Assembly (NCBI GenBank): GCA_050273025.1
Contig: CP158635.1
Location: forward strand, 28,768,001 to 28,832,000
DNA length: 64,000 nt
Direction of reading: 5' to 3'
Origin: Cenococcum geophilum
Lineage: Eukaryota
Numbering within the stretch: position 1 is the stretch's first letter; each line of letters starts with the position of its first letter. Positions 52,291 to 64,000 of this stretch are shown piece after piece. Position numbers and translations under genes: made by a program. The notes beneath the pieces are model-generated. The model saw nothing but the letters and a program-made list of their open reading frames with translations. It was not told the origin of the DNA and searched no databases.

Positions 52291-55200
52291 TAAAAATAAT
52301 AAAGGTTATTAAATTAAAAACGGGAATGCTATACCTTTAATAGACAACTTAGAGATAAGAGATATCTTTAAGGACGAAGATAAAGAGGAGGGGGGTAGTG
52401 TTATAGACCTTATATTGGTAGTAGTATAACTACTAAGAACAGATATAAATAGGTTAGTTAAGATAGTATAGGAGGCGCTAGAGCTAATTAAGCTATAGGA
52501 TAAGGGGTAGCTAAGTTATATGGCTAGTTATATTATAAGTTTGGAATATAGGAATGTGGGAATGTAAGAACGTGACGTACTAACGTACTAATATAATAAT
52601 GTACTAAACCCTTTACTATAGGGAGGAGTTATATATTTAAGAACGTACGGTCTTTATAGATAGTTTCTCTTCTTTATAGTAAACCTTAAAATATAATTAG
52701 AGTTAATCTATTAGGCACCCACTCCACTAGTTATTATTACATTGTTAACTTCTTATTTACCTATATACCCAGCCTATTAATAAGTCTACCGTAGTTCTTG
52801 CTACAAGGCTTCGTTATATTTAGAGTGTTAGCAATATTAGAGCCGTATATATAGAAAATAAATAATATAGTCGTAACGGTCCCTATAGGACGCTTAAATT
52901 AGACTAAGGTAATACCTATAGTCTAGCGTAAAAAGAGGTAGGCGGTATGGAGCATACTATAGATTAAAAAAGACATTAAGGCTAATAGGTGCCAGTATAA
53001 TCGGCAGACCTTACCGTGGCGGTACTGCGCCTTCCCAACTAATTAGTACTGGTGGTATTAGTATATATTAAGGGAAAGAATATAGAGGCACTATAGGATA
53101 TAATTAGCAAACTATACTAACTAATCTAGGAAATATAGAATAAGATAGGGATATAAACCGATATAATACTTATAGGAGACTTTAATTAGCACGACTAGCT
53201 ATAGGGAGGAAATAACGTCTTGCTAGCAAGATAGGGAGAAGCTAACCCAATTACTAACCTTATAGGAGATTACTCCCTACGTAGCCTACTGCCTAGGGGT
53301 ATAAAAATATAGCAAAATGGCAACTGCAAAATAATGATTAACCTAATCCTAGCATTAGACGAGCTAGTATCTATAATGGTAAAGTATATAGTATATAGGA
53401 CAGAATACAGATCTAATTATAGGGTAATTAAGATAATATTTAATATTACGGTCCCTAAACGCGTTATAGAATAAAGAATGCTCTTTAAAAACGCACTATA
53501 GAATAAAATTAGGAATAGGATTGCTACCGCCCTCTATATAATCCTAGTAAGTAATAGAGTATAGTAGCAAACAGACCGGCTTATAGATGTAGTGCTAGAG
53601 GTAGTATACGCATTAACTCTAAAAGCTAAACCGTTACTATATATAAAAAGGTAGTAAATAATAGACCTTATAAAGCTCTGCCAGGTATATACTTACTAGA
53701 GAAACTAGGTAAAGAACCAACACTAAGCGGGCTAAATATTACTAGAACTAGAGTAACAAGCAAAAGAGGCCTTAAAGGAATACTACAATGTAATACGGAA
53801 ATAGAAAAGGATATACTGGAACGACTTCCTAGCCAATAACGCAAATATTTAGTAAGTAGTAAAATACCTTAACCCAAGCAGCAACTTAGCGTTTAATAAA
53901 ATACCACTATTAGTAAGAATAAATAGATCTACTATAGAAGGAAAATATAAGTAAGTAGCGGAGCTGTTAACTATATTCTTTCCCCTACTACTAGCAGAAA
54001 TAGAGGATAAGGGCCCGTGGCCTTAACAAACGCTAATATTAATGCCGCGTTTTATAATGGAAGAGGTAAAACAGAAGATATTTGTAGTAAATCTATAGAA
54101 AGCGCTAGGGGATAACGGCCTACTAGCGATAGTATAGAGATGGGTATAACTAGTAATAAAAGATAGGGTCCTGCTCCTTTTCTAAACCTTACTAAATAAG
54201 GGTAACCTTCCTAGCTAATAGAGAAATGCTAAAATTATACTACTTAAAAAAGCTAAATAAAGGAGACTATATAAAAGCAAGGGTATAAAGGCCTATCTCT
54301 CTACTTTCTATATTAGGTAAGATGCTAGAGTCTATAGTTACTAAGAGAATATTATATACGGTAGAAACCTTTAGACTACTACCTATAAATTACTTTAGGG
54401 TAAGAAAGAAGCGCTCTACTAAATAAGCGCTGCTGCTACTATAAGAATATATCTACAACGTATAGAGGTCTAGAAAGGTGCTTAGCCTTATTAGCTTTAA
54501 TATAAAAGGGGTATATAATAGAGTATATAAAGAGAGGCTATTATAAAGGCTTACAGTAAGAGGTATACCGCTAGCGCTAGTGCGGTAGATTAATGCATTC
54601 TGCTCTAATCGTACGGCGACTATTTTGGTTAACGGCTATACCTCTAACTAGCAACAGTTACTATAAGTAGGACTACCGTAAAGATCGCCGCTCTTACTAA
54701 TACTGTTTCTCTTTTTTAACGCTAATCTAGTCTAGTACTAGCTTAATATAAATAGAGGCTTAATGGCGTTTGTGGATGACTATAATGTATAAGTTATAGG
54801 ATTATTAGCAGCAGCAAACTATAAAGGTATTTAGGCTATTATTAATAGAGTAATAAACTAGGAGAAACAAAGCGGCGCAATATTTAAAGGTAAAAAGACT
54901 ATATTAGTGCACTTTATAAGAAACGTAAAGCGGACTAATACTACCCCGTTTATAATTAAGGGAAAAACAGTTATACTAGGGCATATAGCTAAGATTCTAG
55001 GGGTAGTTATAGATGCGGAGCTTTAGTATAAGCAATATATCGCAAAAGCAGCTACTAAGGGCCTTATCGCAGCTATAGCACTAAAGAGACTCTGGATGGT
55101 ATCCCCTTTAACTATAAGACAGCTATTTAGGGCAACGGTAGCGCCGGTAGTAGACTATGCCTTAAATATCTAAATATACGCCTATAGGGGTTCCGCTATA

Positions 55201-57269
55201 GCCGTAATAAATAGAATATAAAGAATTAGAGCGTAGGCAATTATAGGAACTTTCTATATAGTAGCTATAGTTATTAGAAAGGCCGAAGTAAGTATACGGT
55301 TAGTACGCGAGCGGCATTTAAAAAGGGCTACTAAGCTATAGGTTAACCTCTATACGCTATATAAAATAAACCCGCCCTTAAGGCTCTGTATAAAGGTGCT
55401 CTAAAGATTTACATCCCTACTATAAAAGATAGCCTATATACACTAATATACACTAATAGATAAGATAGAGGTTATTTAACCCTATATAGTACCACTATGG
55501 GAGGATTAACTGCCTATAAGTATTAACCTAGATAAAGATAGGGTAACTAAAGCTACTAACTCTACTTAAGGTATATAGATCGCAACAAGCTTATCTAGGA
55601 GGAGAGGTATAGTGGGGATAGGAGGTGTTGTTTATAATACCCTTAGCAATACGCTAAATAGGGAAGCTGTTATATGCTTAATTATACTAGATACTAGGAT
55701 TAAGAGTAGAATAGAACCTATATACGGCTAAACTAATAGTAATATTATTAGTATTAAGATACTTACCACTAAATCTATAGGGGAGATAGATTACTATATT
55801 TATTAGTAATTAGGCAATACTATTAGCGCTTAGCTAACCTAAGCACTAGTTTAGCTAAATAAGTATTGTATAGATCTATAATATAGCCTATATACTAAGG
55901 CAAAGAAGTAACTATGTCCTTATAGCATGGGCCCTAATATAAGGGGAGTTCGCACTAGGCAAGAAGGTAAAAAAAGTAATATAGTAGGCTACTATATAAG
56001 GACGCCTACCGCAAGGACAATAATACTAGGCTAAGGCTATAATAATAAATACCGCAAGAGTAAGACAGTGGGGTAGGAAAATACTACTAAAAGGAGTAGG
56101 AAGGTACTTAAGAAAAATAGATATAGCGCTACTAGGTAAATATACCCGTAGGCTATATAACTCTCTTAAATAAGAAGAGGTAAACGTATTAGCCTAGCTA
56201 TAAATAGGAATAATATAACTTAATAAATATCTATACCAGATTAGAGCGGTAGAATTAGATTAATATAATTACGGATAAGTAAGAGAAATAGTAGAATATT
56301 TCCTCTTTAGGTATATAAAATGGATAGTATATTAAGAGTAAATACTTTAGTAAACAGATAGAAGAAGAGGCAGCTTATCCTTCTACCTTAGGGGTAAGGC
56401 GCCATTTAACCCTAGATAGTAAATAGTAAATATAGATATAATCCGAATAATAGTAAGATATATAATAGCTATTAGACGACTTAAGGCAAAACTAAATCAA
56501 TAACCCGCCTACTATAGTTAAACCCCCCCCCTTACGCTTTAACTAACCCATACTATATACCCTCGTGCCACTAGTAGATCTCGCTTTAATCGCCAAAGAT
56601 AGAACACTAAATACTTAGAGGAATAGCCCCCTAAGACTACCTACTACTAACTACCTATAAAATCTTATAGAATAAGGTATAAGTAATACTAGGGAGTACT
56701 AAATAAGGTATATATGGGCTTATACAAAAATATAGCAAGACTAAAAGGAGTGAAAATATGTAATATAGCACTAGTGCCCTTTAGGCCTAGTGCCTCCGGG
56801 CAGAATAAACTTTATTATTATTATTTGCGTTATAGCTCTATTGCTCTATTAATTATAGGGTTTTAAAATAGTAATAAAGAGATAAGGAGGGGGGGGGGAA
56901 AGAATGAGAAGGAAGAGATAGGAGAGATACGTTAGGAAAAAATTTACTAGCATTTTTGCAGCATTTGGCAGCATATTGCGGCTAAATGCGCATTTCGCGC
57001 ATTGTAACGTGTAGCGTATAGTATTGACTTAGGTGCGGCATACTGCCGTATTTAACAATGTAGTACAGCTAATTGCGCATTTATAGCTACCTAGGTAAAT
57101 AGTACTTAATATATAATACCCTCCTCGCGCATTCTATATATCTTATTTACTTTAAGTAATAAATAAGCGCTGCTCTTTTTATGCATTTAATAATATTTAC
57201 TTAGTTTATATAGTTAGTACAAAATAAATTATATTATTTTAGATAATTTAAATATAGTAACGGTTCTTT

Positions 57270-57690
57270 TCTATTTACCTACCTACTAACCTATTTACCT
57301 ACCTGCCTACCTACCTACCTACCTACCTACCTACCTACCTACCTACCTACCTACCTACCTACCTACCTACCTACCTACCTATCTACCTACCTACCTACCT
57401 ACCTACCTACCTACCTACCTACCTACCTACCTACCTACCTACCTACCTACCTACCTACCTACCTACTTACCTACCTACCTATTTACCTACCTACTTACCT
57501 ACCTACTTACCTACCTACCTACCTACCTACCTATCTACCTACCTATCTACCTACCTACCTACCTACCTACCTACCTATCTACCTACTTACCTACCTACCT
57601 ACCTATCTACCTATACCTATCTATCTGTGCCTATATATCTATATCTACCTATTTATATCTACGTATTTATACCTACGTGTCTATATCTAT
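57270..57690. repeat. (CCTA)n tetranucleotide microsatellite
   Basis: Long acct/ccta run with degenerate edges. Confidence 0.95.
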
Positions 57691-57769
57691 ACTACCTTAA
57701 TTTAATTAATTAATTAAATTATTTGTAGTATTCGCTGGCTAGTTATCCAAACGGTTGTTATTTAGCTCT

Positions 57770-57888
57770 AGCAGCCGTCGTCTAGCAATAGTGACGGTCG
57801 TTTAGATTTAGCGACGGTCGTCTAGTTTTAGCGACGGTCGTCTGGTTTTAGCGACGGTCGTCTAGTTCTAGCGACGGTCCTCTACTAG
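57770..57888. repeat. 20-bp tandem repeat (agcgacggtcgtctagtttt), about 5 copies
   Basis: Visible period-20 units. Confidence 0.85.
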
Positions 57889-58019
57889 CTGCTATTCTGG
57901 TGCCTCCCTAGGTAGGGAGGATATAAGGAAGGAAGAAAAGGTAAAAAATAAGGTGGTTATATAGAGGTATACTTAGTAGAGGTATATATAGAGGCTATTA
58001 GGAATATAGCGGGGACCTA

Positions 58020-58160
58020 ACGCAGAGCCTCTATACGTAGAGTTTTGCGTAAAGCCTTATATAGAGCCTTTATATATAGAGCTTTGTATAGAGCTTTATA
58101 TAGAGCTTTATACGGAGCTTTATATAGAGCTTTATATAGAGCTTTATACAGAGCTTATAA
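58020..58160. repeat. RIPped 12-bp repeat (tatagagcttta) resembling the arrays at 1-430 and 11105-11680
   Basis: Period-12 units matching the RIP-decayed units at 370-420. Confidence 0.7.
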
Positions 58161-58677
58161 AATATATAATTTATATAATTTATACTTTTATATATGCTTA
58201 GTAATCTTATAGTTAGTACTTAGTAGCTAAATGCTAAGGCTTAATTATAAATGCCGTATTTAGTAGCTAAATGCTAAGAAATGCTAGAAATGCTAGGAAA
58301 TGCTAAAATGGCTAAAAAGTAAAATTAAATGCTGGTAAATTTTTTCCTAGCGTAGAGGGAGAGAGAATATATAGAGAAGCTTACTATTATAGCTTGGGGA
58401 TAATAGTTAACTTTAGGTAGGAAAGAGGGGTATATCTCTATTTTTAGATAGTAAAGGACTATTTAAGTACTTTTTCTCTAACTGAGTAAACGCCTCTATT
58501 CTAGTTAGACGTATAGGCTAATCTTGCTTTAAAAAGGTGCTTAATAGTCCATTTTACGTAAAAAGGACTATTTAGGCATATATTTTAAGCTACTATAGTT
58601 AATCCTAGGCCTATAGGGCTATGTCGAACAGGGCGATTAAGAATGAGAACTCTGTTAATTAAAGTTAGCTCTAGAAG

Positions 58678-61600
58678 TGTAAGGGGATCTTATAAATAGG
58701 AGGCTATAAGGACACGATTATGGAATAAGATAGATTAGTAAGAGAGACAAATCCTTAAGGAGGTAAGGCCTTTGGGATTGTGGAGACTATATACTATAGG
58801 TATATACCTCTAATATATAACCAGCGACTATCTAAGGGGCGCTTAAGGGTTGTCCTAAGGGCAACCTAAGGTATCTGCAATAATATTCCTTATATTACCC
58901 CCCCCCTTTTTTTTTACAGTCGGCCCCTAATTGCTATTACTATATAGTAGGGAGATTATAAAGGCTCGTCCTAAAAGGGGTTTAGAGAGATATTAGAGAG
59001 ATATTAGTATACTACTATATATTATCTATCTATCTAACCCCTACTTTAAACTCCTAAAAAACCTTAATAAGGAAAAAATATAACTAGAGAAAAGACGCGA
59101 GGATTACTAGAAGACCTATTAGAAGCCTACTAGAAGTATATTAGTAACTACCTAGGCTAATATAGGGATTTTTATATAACTCTACTTCTAAGCCTTTATA
59201 CTAGTCTGTAATTAATTATAAGTATTATAAGCAATTTAATGTTCTAGTATAGTTCTATAGAACCTTTTAGTATAGGATTTAATATATAGAGCTTTAGCTT
59301 ACTATTATCTTTAACTAAGATATAATTTATAATCTATAATCCTTTACGTTACTAACGTACTATTCCTATATCTACCCTTAGGCTATTAGATACGGTTAAG
59401 GTATTAATTAGTTAATTAAAAAAACTTATCTTTTAAGATTTAATATATATGATTTTAAATCTAATAGTCCTATGCTATATATTTAGCGTAGCTCTACTAC
59501 CTAGTAAATAGGAGGGACACTTTATAATAGCATCTATAGCTATTATACGATTGTTAAGAACGTCTATAACGTTGTTCTTTAATACTATAGTATCGTTTTA
59601 GGTATAATTTAACCTATATACGTCTTTAATTAACGTCTTAATTGCCTTCCCCTAGTCGCGTACTTAGTTTTTTATAAGGATGTAATAGTTAGATAACATA
59701 TACTTGTATTTCCTTTTTTTTTAAAATAACGCTATTATAACGGAGTTATATCGGTAAGGTTGCGGCTATTTATTAGAAGGGTATTGGACGGTAAAGTATA
59801 GGGACACCTTTATTTATTAAGCTACTCCTTTTCCTTAACACTTTACTTTCCTATTATTAACCTTTGTCTAATTTTAGACGCATCTTTAATATATTATTAA
59901 GATTTTCTTTTTTTCTATTAATAATTTAATATGCCTCTTTATTCTCCTGCTAACTACTCCTTAAGTAAATTTTATAGTATATTATAGCCCTACCTTTATA
60001 TATAGAACCCTAACCTCTACTAACTTATAACTGGTGCTAGTCCCACCTAAATAATTTTGCCTATACGTCTTTAAAAGACTAGGAATCTAATAATAGGAAT
60101 TTAAAGGCTTGTAATAAGACGCACTGCGTTAGATCTAATACCTTTAGTCCTTATAATTAATACATGCATACTAAGAGTGGCAGTTACGTTAAGGTAAGCT
60201 TTTCTATCTTTAATAGATTTCTATTGCTAACTTTAAGCTTTAATAGCCTAGGCCTAAGTAGCGACGATCCTTTAATATTCTTAACTACTATATTACCTAG
60301 GCTTTGTCTTATTCTAGCGCTAATACTAAACATCTTAGTTAAATTTAAGACTATACTATAGCTATCTATACTGCCTATAATTCCTAGTAAGCTAGCTAGT
60401 AACGCCTAATACGAGAATAAGGCTAGTATACTAAGGATAGGGTACGGGATAGAGGTGATAAGAAGAAGGTCGCTGTTTACTATAGGAAGGAATTTGCGTA
60501 TACACGTTAAGTTTTAAAAAAGCATAATATAATGCGTTATTAAGTAGGTTACCCCTTAGATACCTAATAAATAGGTAACTAATAGTTGCCGTAGCAAGGT
60601 CTTAGTAGTTCTGGACTATACTAGCTAGCTAATATCTCTATTTATTTTAGGCTTAAGCGTATCTTTATTAACTATAAGCTTACTCCCTAAGAGCTTTATT
60701 AGTATTAGTTTGGACCTAATATTAGTATTAAGCGTTTAAGAGTCTCTACTCTAGCTACACCTTATTGTCCTACCCCTGTTTTTATGCCTACCTATACCCC
60801 TACTAAGGGGTCTAGATCTTATTCTTATTAGCTATCTTTTAGAGGGCCGATAAATACTAATCCTACTGCTAAGAATAAGGTATAGTGGCTTTTTAAATTA
60901 GGCATTTAGGATTTATTTTTGTATATAGTAGCAATTAAGGACCTTGATTAGGTACTTAGAAAGGCCTTAAAAGGCTTTTAGGAAGGGCTTAAAAGCCCTA
61001 AAAATAATATTCCTAGTATAGATTAATTAATAGGTATACAATTCTAGTAAAATGCCCTATTAATTCTATACTATATATATAAAAAGGCTAAGAACTAGTT
61101 CTACCTTAAGCTATAGCCCTAATCCTTATAATTTCTAGAGCTTATTTGTTTTATATCCGATTTAACCTATTTACTCTTTTCGTAAGCTTTCTTTATAGGT
61201 CGCGATAATACCGTAGTATTAGAGCGCTTTTTGTAATTTATAGATTGTGGACCTTAGTCCTAATATTCTTTTAAAATATTTTCGCAATAATTAAGGTGAT
61301 CCTCTAGTTTCTATATAGAGTCCTTAACGGGCTAGCCTAGCCATTTAACTTTATATTAAAGCTTGTTCTTAACAGACTTGTAGTATAGTATAGCTTTAAC
61401 CTCGTATCACTCACCTACTACCTTAGGGTGTTTAATTAGGCCTAGACGGAAGTTCTTTTCTAGCGGTAGTCTATACTATAGCTCTAGTAAGTTTATATAA
61501 AATACTAAATGTATATAGGCTATAGATAGGGGTAGCTAGAGATAGTAGGCTAACTTACTAATTTAATCCTTAATTTAGAAGGGACCTAGGTATCTTATAT

Positions 61601-64000
61601 TAAGCTTCTTTAATAGTTAATAGGTTTTAATATTTGTTAAACGTAATAGAACCTTATCGCCTACTCTAAAATGCTTATTTTAGTGCTTATGGTTATACTA
61701 AAGTCTCTACTGCTCTTAGGTATTTTATAGGCTCTACTTTATATACTTTTATTACTTCTCCTATTCCTAGAGGTATCCTTATACTCTTTAGTAGATATCC
61801 TTAGACTTTCTAGTAAGATCCTATAACTAATTATGCGGCCTTAGCTAGTAATTATTAGATATACTATTAAACCCAAATAGTTAGACGCTATAGGCGATCT
61901 AGATTGGTGTATACTTATATAATATATATTACTTTAAATTATAAGCGTACTCTACGTATAGAAGTAGCTTATATTAAGTTGTCTTACTAGTAATTTAAAT
62001 ATATTTATAGGTAAGACTCTAGTTCCTAGTTCTAGCGTTTTATTTACCCATCCGTTTATAGATAAAAAGCTATACTATAACGTTAGTCTATCTTTAAATA
62101 GAAGTATAGGTCTAACTAGTACTAGCTTATAAAGACGCTGCCCCTATTAGTAATAATAGAGTGCGGCTAATCTACTTTAAGAAAGTATTTCTCCTTAATT
62201 AGGTTAGCTAGCGCTTATATATTAATTATCTTATTAACGGGAAGGTATTGGACGTAGTTAAAAACCTATTAATAAGTACGAGAACCGAATTGTATATTCA
62301 TCCTTAGCTATCTTTAGATAGTAGGAGATCTATAATAAAGTTTATAGCGTAATATTACTATAGCTTACTAGTAGGGGGAATTAATTTAAGTAGGCCCTAT
62401 AGCTTATGCCTGCGGATCTTATATACTTAACACTTCTTATAATAGCTAATATACTCCTTTACTTCCTACTTAAGCTTTAGCTAATAGTATTTGCGCTAAA
62501 GTAATTCTACTATCTTAGCTTAACTATAGTGGCCGCCTAAAGGATTATTATAATTCTTTATAATAATCTTCTGTTATAGATTTACTTCTTATAGCACCTA
62601 AACCTTACTAGATCTACGTAGTAGGCCTATTAGGTTTAGTTCCTAATTTTAATATACCTTATAGCTTCCTTTCTGTTATATTTCCGGTCTACTTCTATAT
62701 TAAAGATAGTATAAAAAGTATCCCTCCGTTACACTTTACGGATAAAATTTATTAACCTTTTAAATAGTTTCTCAGTAAAAGCTGTTTTATTTTATACTGC
62801 TCTAAGTATAAGACTAAATAGTACTATAGATTTTGTAACTCTTTAATACGTATATATTAGGAAGGCCGCTATAAGGTTAAAGTCCTTTAGTTATTATAGG
62901 GCTCTAAGTTCCAATTACTCTATAGCTTTACTACCAGTTTAAGGGAATAGCTTAGTAATTAGAGATAGTATATTACTAGGTTCTAAGAATATATTAGGGA
63001 CGTCCTATTTAGGTATATTTAGACCTTTATTGGCTACAGACTAGGTACTAGCTAAAATATTAGTAGAAGCTAATAGGGTTTATACCGCCTAAGACTTAAT
63101 ATATAGAGCTATAGGTGCTTAAGCATCCTATACCTAGAGCTTGTTCTATAATATAAGGAGTAAGATATCTATTATCTGTTTTCCTTCTCCTATTTTAAAG
63201 CCTTTAGTATAGTCTAGCCGTTATAACGGTTTATTAGTAGGGTTATTTTCCCCTAGCTTATATTTAATCTTAAAATTAAATTATACAAGCTCCTTTGCCT
63301 ATTTAGCTTATTAAGGTATAAGCTCCTTTATAGTTATAAAGTAGCGTAGATTATAATAATCTAAGAGTATATAAGTGGTATAACTCACGTACTTAAGGTA
63401 ATGTCGCTACTATTTAAAGTAGTTAACTATAGCTATTAGTTCCTTATTATGGGTATAATACCTAACTTTAGGCCCCTAGAATTTTCTACTATAGAATACT
63501 ACTAGTTTTTAGTAAAGCTAGGTAGCGTCCAAATACCTATTAGATTGCAGTAGGATACCAATAAGGATAAAATTTAATATATTAGTAATTATTATTAATA
63601 GCTAATCTAGGTTAAAATGCCGTAGTAATAGAGCTTTTATAAACTTTATATAAGGTTTTTAAAAGGCCTCCTAAACCTTTCTAGGCTATAACTATAGTTT
63701 ATCCTATTTACTTAGTCCCTTTTTAGTTTTTTTTCTTACCGCCTTTAAGCTTTTTACTCCTTAGGTTAGGTCTTAGAAAGCTTTTATAATATAGTTAAAT
63801 AGGTATTAGGTAATATCCGAGTAGTTATAAATAAAGCGCCTATAGAAATTAGTAAAGCTTAGGAACACTTAAATATCCTAATAGCTCTTTAGCTCCGGCT
63901 ACTCCTAAATTATCTATATCCGTACTAGGTCTATAACTATATCTATAAGCATTATAATATAACCTAGGAACTTAACCTACTTAGTATTAAAGATATACTT
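58678..64000 (-). mobile_element. Second copy of Gypsy family B (B2): 3' LTR, long 3' region, chromodomain, IN, RH, part of RT; continues beyond the window
   Basis: LTR 58678-58894 matches 14957-15171; interior colinear with 15172-20310. Confidence 0.93.

Larger units (their letters stand above)
29391..52818 (+). mobile_element. Ty3/Gypsy chromovirus C, interrupted by Copia
   Basis: 420-bp LTRs 29391-29810 and 52399-52818; TSD tttag (29386-29390, 52819-52823); PPT gaggagggggg; internal region colinear with Gypsy D. Confidence 0.95.
28326..56825 (+). mobile_element. Tad1-like LINE E (ORF1 ~28330-29300; ORF2 ~29300-29390 continuing 52819-56500), split by the Gypsy C nest
   Basis: Three RIPped CCHC knuckles 29110-29260; LSLISF(DV)KG(A)YN ~54481; GLP(Q)(G)SPL(S)(P) ~54670; AFVDDY ~54766; C-terminal CxC..ETVEHFLFxC-like ~56260; (tta)n tail ~56810-56825. 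Confidence 0.9.
56928..58354. mobile_element. 1.4-kb non-autonomous TIR element (CACTA/CMC-like or TA-targeting) carrying micro- and minisatellites
   Basis: tacgttaggaaaaaatttactagcattt / aaatgctggtaaattttttcctagcgta TIRs; subterminal gcattt / aaatgc repeats. Confidence 0.75.

Noticed and set aside
57270..57690. Telomeric repeat
   Set aside because: The unit is (CCTA)n, not CCCTAA, and it is internal to a TIR element

Overview
Gene-free, AT-rich block from a filamentous ascomycete (Pezizomycotina) genome. It is made almost entirely of nested transposable elements heavily mutated by RIP (TpA excess, CpA/TpG loss, ORFs full of TAA/TAG). Left part (1-12130): a 12-bp minisatellite, four copies of one Tad1-like LINE family (one carrying a Harbinger-type MITE and a solo LTR) and an old Gypsy fragment. 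Middle (12131-28325): Gypsy chromovirus A, interrupted by a complete antisense Gypsy B1 and, in its 3' LTR, by two adjacent, almost un-RIPped Tc1/mariner-type MITEs. Right (28326-56825): a LINE containing Gypsy C, which contains a Copia, which contains Gypsy D, a foldback element and a 1.16-kb TPRT-type insertion. These are followed by a TIR element with microsatellites and a second Gypsy B copy that runs off the window. Most insertion boundaries are supported by visible target-site duplications. No intact host gene was found. The most notable observation: related Gypsy elements C and D each carry, between pol and the 3' LTR, an antisense, apparently intron-containing gene. After reversing RIP changes it encodes a GAL4-type Zn(II)2Cys6 motif plus a coiled coil, i.e. 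a candidate retrotransposon-encoded transcription factor. All translations and RIP reversals were done by eye.
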